From a virus: DNA of 64,000 nt. A program made the translations under genes and the position numbers. The notes under the pieces were generated by a model, which made no database searches, had not been told where the DNA came from, and saw nothing but the letters and a program-made list of their open reading frames with translations. The stretch is from IMG/VR virus record IMGVR_UViG_3300020183_000020, positions 32,001 to 96,000 of that record; one strand, written 5' to 3'. Of the stretch, positions 59,801-64,000 are shown one piece after another. Every line of letters begins with the position of its first letter. Within the stretch, counting starts at the first letter, position 1.

Positions 59801-62004
59801 ATCTAATTGGCGGCAGGGATAACCATGGGACAGCTAATGTTTATCCTATGCTGTTTGATACCGCAGGGACATCTTATGGGACATATGACTCGTCTCTCTC
59901 ATCGGGTGCGTTTACCTTAACAGCTCGCAAGGTGAGTTTATCCGTACCCACTAGCGATTTCGGTGCGGTCTTGAACGGGATTGAACTCCCTCCGTTTTTG
60001 GGCATAGCTCGCGTCTATGGTGTTTACGAAAGAAGTAACTACGATGCCTATCTCGCACAAGCAGGTGGACACGACTCAACAAGGATAAACCCCGTTGTAG
60101 CCATTACTAATGGATCGGTCGTGAACCTTCTGAGAACGGATACTTCAGACTTCACAATGTATATCAGACAAGGCGGGGCTGATGTTGATATAGGTCAAAC
60201 AGGCTGCCATACTTATGTCTTAACTGAACACGCTCTCGACATCACACGCATCCCCACTTGGACAACAGGGAATGGGTTTGACAACTTTGAGTACATCGTA
60301 GAGGCAGTTGTTTTCGGATTCGCTCAGAACTTCATCAATCAAAATCGCTTTGTGATGATGAGAAACCACAACGGACTAGGAACTACCTTAAGCGGAACGG
60401 ATAACATAACAGCAAGGGTTGGGGCTTGCATCCCCTTTGCTTTACCCGTTGGTGCCGAGGTGGGGATAGCTTACAGCCGTACTCCGTATCAGGGAAATGT
60501 TTACCACACCCAAACAGGTATTGGATTAAACGATGACGATCAGGTTGTTCCTTATGGGAGACTTGATCGAGATGATGCCTATACCTTCAGCGGGTCTAGA
60601 CTTCAGGACACCAACACCGTTGAAAATATCAATCTAGCCAATCCAAAAAATCTTCAGGTATTGGCTTCTATGGACTTCTACACAACCCTAGGTACAGGCG
60701 GAATCGGAGGCAACTTCTATCCGTCAACCTTACAAGACTCAGGATACTCCTCAGGAAGCAGGATGCCAACAGCGGCAGGTGAACTGCACCCTCAAACGAC
60801 AAATGGTGTGTTTAACGAAGCCACACAAGGCACCAAAGGTTTCGTTTCCCTGTTCTTATTTACTAACGCCCACCCCCGCTATAATAATGCCACAGCTGGT
60901 CTTGTCATAACCCTAACGGATACAAAGCTAGGCGTTACAAATACAGTCGAGTACAACACGCTAGGTGTTACTAATTTATCCGATGCCGTGGGACTTATTC
61001 AGAAGCAGTTGGTTTTATTTGAACCCTCTTACAAGACTTATGTAATCACGGGTTTCCCTGAGGCGACTGATACTAAATCTTACATCTGTCTTTTAATCGA
61101 GGCTCCCACTACGGATAAAACGCATGAGATAAGCGTGAACTTAACGATTGATGGAAAGACATCTCCGTATGTTGGACAAGATTTCCAACTCTTTGAGGGT
61201 GCTAGAGAGAAGCCCTTAACGATGTTGTTTAACTCATATGTGGAAGGACGCTTACCAAGCGTATTGAGAACAAAGACGAAGGCGAGTTTTGTAGAATCCG
61301 TAGCAAGGGTGAATAATGCAGGTGAAGGGAACACACCGCTTTCACTTGTCGGCTTAACGAGTCGATTGCCCTTAGGTGTCTTGGTGAGAGACTTTGACTT
61401 TCTGTGTGAGGATATCCTAAATGATGGTTCTAGCTATTTGGGATCAAACATAGGTCAAGTAAGTACAAGAGCCTTATCCATTCCTGTAGACGCTTTTGGT
61501 CAGCCTTATACGCAGGTGGCGGGGGTGGTAGGTGATACCCTTCAGCTTTGTGATGGGGATAGACTGCAATACACGAAATGGAATGGACTGAGCGGCAGTA
61601 AAAACTATCTGATAGCGAGGGGTGGGGGAAGTGTATTTGGTGTGAGTGGGGAATCCGCAGGTGGTCCACTCACCTTCCTCGCATCATCTTTTGGAGAATC
61701 TGAAATGCCCGTCTTAAAGGGTTCTGTTTTGGCAGGACGGGCTATGTTGGTTAAGAACTCTGAAGAGGTCAGTCCTGTCTCAGGTGGTCTCGTGTCTAGG
61801 GGTGACGAGATACAACTTTTGATAGTCACCTATTGTGTAGACCCCACAGGCGGAGCCCTTAGTCTTGGTGGTGAAGTGTCTCCCTCGGGCTATGGAGAAG
61901 GCTACGCGGCGGCTGATAGATTTAGAATAAGAGGATTGCCCTTAATCAAGTCTTATAATGACAGCATCCAAAGTGGAGTTAGACCTGCACCTTATAACCC
62001 CTAA
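56821..62004 (+). CDS. Large tail/baseplate protein
   Basis: VVWQAGKPPLDSELNL; paralogue of 47232-50411. Confidence 0.78.
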   Translation: MANDNYGTSVSRTLSTDNTRFANVVWQAGKPPLDSELNLVGQLAWENQSDLVRSLTHSGFLLDPRDNLQDFVFNPLWSNYFEFGSEDRIPPSALVNGWVLPLAGSDTDTDVLPLSIKLPPPPTTGTRTDFVFLEVWKVVLPTGAASIIKPANGYIYDRGNVVNGKSLEDELVDPEVGFETTKRVQVQYRLRVEAGVDLTSYVEGFYPSILAQGPTSAAAGGAFTNDTSDKGLWRATHGDTADGYVYALPIGAVFRRNSSAYIMKDPTGGNQNGAINRKPSASSVNDAGILTQATLTNNITASFTGSISISNLTNSGIDDADFMDISPRLLILGEGLETEVVSITSVGAGVVNLSERGRAGTQPKRHIAGTKVSIYNGRPDGKYADEVHAQDFLDMRHAVRVGEWDYQSLLVGAVSDLIGNKLRTTQKQNSLGSDSRGVVVEEVSLLHHTAVNNTHKLDAPNGIRNVWSDTAVPQYGITLYLDPSVSTDARGLTTATLDSTEAGFWEIGADLQPNAFLYPAGLNKGSAIFLSLDASVGNLGYGVKGSTPNKRGVRLLSPKENAYENRFYNTAPPVKIELQGDETEYYPKSTGQYETPFMVLGDLLSSIDFSADTTNNIKTLYLSEVSYSSASVTALGTFENEVKVYAFKTGTTYNSAWANTSIYAGETTYETLILNGGEDLSGRSSELYALIYGDPANPDNNGLFRVISAGVVNKSVFYENTTGTEWTPANREQWIVCLPVGDNTNPTPVNNPSVSLSFELRTEYLRDTDSSAVVAITSSDLATADSFYLSLSVQYPAGLGGTANVADDIHYIGVQPSDTTTFLRNAVSALDPSPGQVPSLNLDEITLPSKNHLSLWNRLGSKGWGSRSDSSSLGLSYGGVVVNNETDREAEAFYDSGSKTILLQAYQKKNVILHTKQAASAVIPLVYLDSTPTDDAGIFETTHRGVFVLPQTIMPRFGRQDIPLHTYLGSGDSFLNGLNHLFTDVSGNSDAVFNLIGGRDNHGTANVYPMLFDTAGTSYGTYDSSLSSGAFTLTARKVSLSVPTSDFGAVLNGIELPPFLGIARVYGVYERSNYDAYLAQAGGHDSTRINPVVAITNGSVVNLLRTDTSDFTMYIRQGGADVDIGQTGCHTYVLTEHALDITRIPTWTTGNGFDNFEYIVEAVVFGFAQNFINQNRFVMMRNHNGLGTTLSGTDNITARVGACIPFALPVGAEVGIAYSRTPYQGNVYHTQTGIGLNDDDQVVPYGRLDRDDAYTFSGSRLQDTNTVENINLANPKNLQVLASMDFYTTLGTGGIGGNFYPSTLQDSGYSSGSRMPTAAGELHPQTTNGVFNEATQGTKGFVSLFLFTNAHPRYNNATAGLVITLTDTKLGVTNTVEYNTLGVTNLSDAVGLIQKQLVLFEPSYKTYVITGFPEATDTKSYICLLIEAPTTDKTHEISVNLTIDGKTSPYVGQDFQLFEGAREKPLTMLFNSYVEGRLPSVLRTKTKASFVESVARVNNAGEGNTPLSLVGLTSRLPLGVLVRDFDFLCEDILNDGSSYLGSNIGQVSTRALSIPVDAFGQPYTQVAGVVGDTLQLCDGDRLQYTKWNGLSGSKNYLIARGGGSVFGVSGESAGGPLTFLASSFGESEMPVLKGSVLAGRAMLVKNSEEVSPVSGGLVSRGDEIQLLIVTYCVDPTGGALSLGGEVSPSGYGEGYAAADRFRIRGLPLIKSYNDSIQSGVRPAPYNP

Positions 62005-62025
62005 AGATTCTCCACCAAAGGCATT

Positions 62026-62322
62026 ATGGACATAACACCTAAAAACAAGGGCTGTAGAATCCCCAATAAGTGTACAGGTTGTGGCAAGACCTTGCCCGAT
62101 TCTAAGCTAGGATGGGGATTGGTTTGGGGTGACGGCTCAGGCTTTTGTGCTAAGTGTCTGTACCATATTCGTAAGGCTATTGGATACTTTGAGAGAACCA
62201 ATAGAACTCTTGCACCGAAGAAACGCCTCTCGCTAAAAGAACAACGAGAACAGGCGACACAACGAGAACAGGCGGCACAAAAGGAAACTAACCATGTCGA
62301 TACAAATGATCAAAATGAATAA
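62026..62322 (+). CDS. Small Zn-finger protein
   Basis: CTGC...CAKC; 18-bp repeat encoding QREQA twice. Confidence 0.55.
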   Translation: MDITPKNKGCRIPNKCTGCGKTLPDSKLGWGLVWGDGSGFCAKCLYHIRKAIGYFERTNRTLAPKKRLSLKEQREQATQREQAAQKETNHVDTNDQNE

Positions 62323-62590
62323 TCCCATATATGCCGTAGTATCCAATATGTTCAAATCCCCTTTGGGAACCTTCCCAAGTGACAGACTATCCGTTTTGGG
62401 GTTTACCCTTGGATATTTCCCAAGGGGAGTTTCATTGAGCAGGGAGGGATTGACCACTCGTCTTGAAGTATCCGAAAAGGATAACACCTTGTATGTGGGC
62501 TCTGATGGGAGGACATACAAGGTGTTAGAAGAAGCGATTGTGGGGCTATTTGAACCCCATCTGAAACATGAGATTAATAAGAGGCTTTAA
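62294..62590 (+). CDS. Hypothetical protein
   Basis: AAGGA RBS. Confidence 0.55.
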   Translation: MSIQMIKMNNPIYAVVSNMFKSPLGTFPSDRLSVLGFTLGYFPRGVSLSREGLTTRLEVSEKDNTLYVGSDGRTYKVLEEAIVGLFEPHLKHEINKRL

Positions 62591-62949
62591 TCTTCCTCCG
62601 CCAAATCATCAACGCCGATATCCTTCTTCTTTTCCTCGATGGGGGTCTTAGAGGGTGCAGGTAAGAGCTTTATATCAAGCGTAGCACCAAACAACTGCCT
62701 CTTCGACAATGAACGAATCGTCTCGGAGTCCCACTCCTCCACATTGTAATACTCCGTATCCTCAAAGTCGAACATATCCGTTTTGGTGAGCGGGAGCTTC
62801 AGAGCCTCAACCTTTGAGGGGGCAAACTCCGTGCGGAGGATTTTGTACTCGCCTTCATCATCAGACTTGGCTGACAAGACAATCCCAAATGAAAACTGAT
62901 CCTTGTTGGCAGTATTTAAGAAAAATGACAATCCGCGTCTCGGCTTCAT
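62587..62949 (-). CDS. Hypothetical protein
   Basis: GAGG RBS, 120 aa. Confidence 0.7.
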   Translation of the reverse strand: MKPRRGLSFFLNTANKDQFSFGIVLSAKSDDEGEYKILRTEFAPSKVEALKLPLTKTDMFDFEDTEYYNVEEWDSETIRSLSKRQLFGATLDIKLLPAPSKTPIEEKKKDIGVDDLAEED

Positions 62950-63039
62950 AAAACCTCTTTAAGGGGTGAGGGTCACACTTTTATTTATAGATTTCGCGGC
63001 GATGAACCGCCTCGTTCTACGAAAAAACCTGCCATATCC

Positions 63040-63339
63040 TTAACGGATATCAGCACAAAGACGAGCTAACAAGATACCTAAAGACTCCCCAACAAGCGGC
63101 TCGCCTCCATCCACAGACACCGACCACTCACCTTCTATCCGTTTTAGTTCCACTCGGGAGCCTCCCAACAGATAAAGTAGACAACCAATGGTGGCAGGGT
63201 CTTCTAAGCAATAACCTTCGGGTCTCCACTTTTGTGCGTCTATCTTTTCATTAGAAGCCCTCCAAGTTCCATCAAAGTTAAGCTGATGTAGCCTCCATCC
63301 ATTTCTGTCTTTCATCCCTGCCAAGTGTTTCATCACCAC
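63040..63339 (-). CDS. Hypothetical phage protein
   Basis: LEDPATIGCLL motif; GAGG RBS. Confidence 0.7.
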   Translation of the reverse strand: MVMKHLAGMKDRNGWRLHQLNFDGTWRASNEKIDAQKWRPEGYCLEDPATIGCLLYLLGGSRVELKRIEGEWSVSVDGGEPLVGESLGILLARLCADIR

Positions 63340-63406
63340 CTCTTAATGTGTGGGGTTGGGTCGATGCCGATTATACGAAGTTTAATAGACTATATATCGA
63401 AGTACG

Positions 63407-63438
63407 CAAGAACCATAAGAATCAAGAACCATAAGAAT
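63407..63438. repeat. 16-bp tandem repeat (CAAGAACCATAAGAAT x2)
   Basis: Seen directly in the leader of the last ORF. Confidence 0.85.
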
Positions 63439-63454
63439 TATGGAGTCATAGTCT

Positions 63455-64000
63455 ATGCTAGACGACAAGAAGATACTAGACATGAAGCGTGAGTGGCTCA
63501 CTTACAGCAAGAATGTCCCTGATCGCTTAACGCCTCAAAATAGGTTAGAACTATCCAAATATCTGCACAGATACGCAAAAAACTTGGATATGGGATTACG
63601 AGCTTTCCGATACGATTTAGAGGTGGAATCGTATCGGACAGAAAACAAACCCATCAAGCATGAGATAGAGTATGTGATAGAGAAGACTGCGACTGCGTGG
63701 TGGGGCTTCTTTTTAGCCATAAACGAGATGGCGGAAACTCTCAGAAAGAGTTCGGATACAGCGGACTCTCCCGAAAAGATTGAGCAGGACAAGGCTGAAC
63801 TTAAAAGCAAGTATCCAAATACGGATTGGGATGATTACTTTGAAAGAAATCCTCGTAAAACCCAAGCCGAGCTAGACCGCATCAAGTTCGAGCAGATACT
63901 CCCCACACTCAAAACGGATAAAGCCCGTGCTGAGAGGAAGTGGCGTGACTTTTGGAATGTGCTTAAGGACTTATCCGATTTCTTGTCGAGGCACGATTTT
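63455..64000 (+). CDS. Hypothetical protein, truncated by the window end (absent from the ORF track)
   Basis: GGAG RBS; MLDDKKILDMKREW... stays open for 182 codons to the end. Confidence 0.75.
   Translation, partial: MLDDKKILDMKREWLTYSKNVPDRLTPQNRLELSKYLHRYAKNLDMGLRAFRYDLEVESYRTENKPIKHEIEYVIEKTATAWWGFFLAINEMAETLRKSSDTADSPEKIEQDKAELKSKYPNTDWDDYFERNPRKTQAELDRIKFEQILPTLKTDKARAERKWRDFWNVLKDLSDFLSRHDF

Overview
64 kb of a large, probably jumbo, tailed dsDNA phage genome (myovirus-type contractile tail), about 45% GC by eye, standard genetic code. The right half (34.0-62.0 kb, + strand) is a baseplate/tail operon: gp25-like wedge, baseplate J, a 2453-aa fibre with LamG-like domains, and several large, partly paralogous tail proteins. 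The left half is an accessory mosaic: three tRNAs (Leu-CAA, Arg-TCT, Ile2/Met-CAT) with an unassigned structured RNA between two of them, a SpoU/TrmH RNA methyltransferase, Nudix hydrolase, thermonuclease, SpeD, Mrr, a Dam-like MTase next to a PD-(D/E)xK-like gene, a C5 MTase held out of frame by an A10 tract, a sigma-like protein and fibre genes. Two promoter-like motifs can be read directly: GTATCCCA-N15-TATTAGT (early-type) and TA-N5-TTTAT (late-type). The most interesting signal is a dispersed set of solitary genes behind the late-type motif. Their products carry short basic helical tags ending in K/R-x-A, fused to effector-like domains (zeta-like kinase, zincin proteases, DUF3140). One is a polyprotein whose Ntn-hydrolase catalytic Cys sits immediately after KSA, suggesting a protease-activated, virion-packaged cargo system. 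The window is also strongly enriched in GGATA/TATCC and depleted in ACGT, GCGC and CCWGG. All family assignments come from motif recognition by eye, not database searches.
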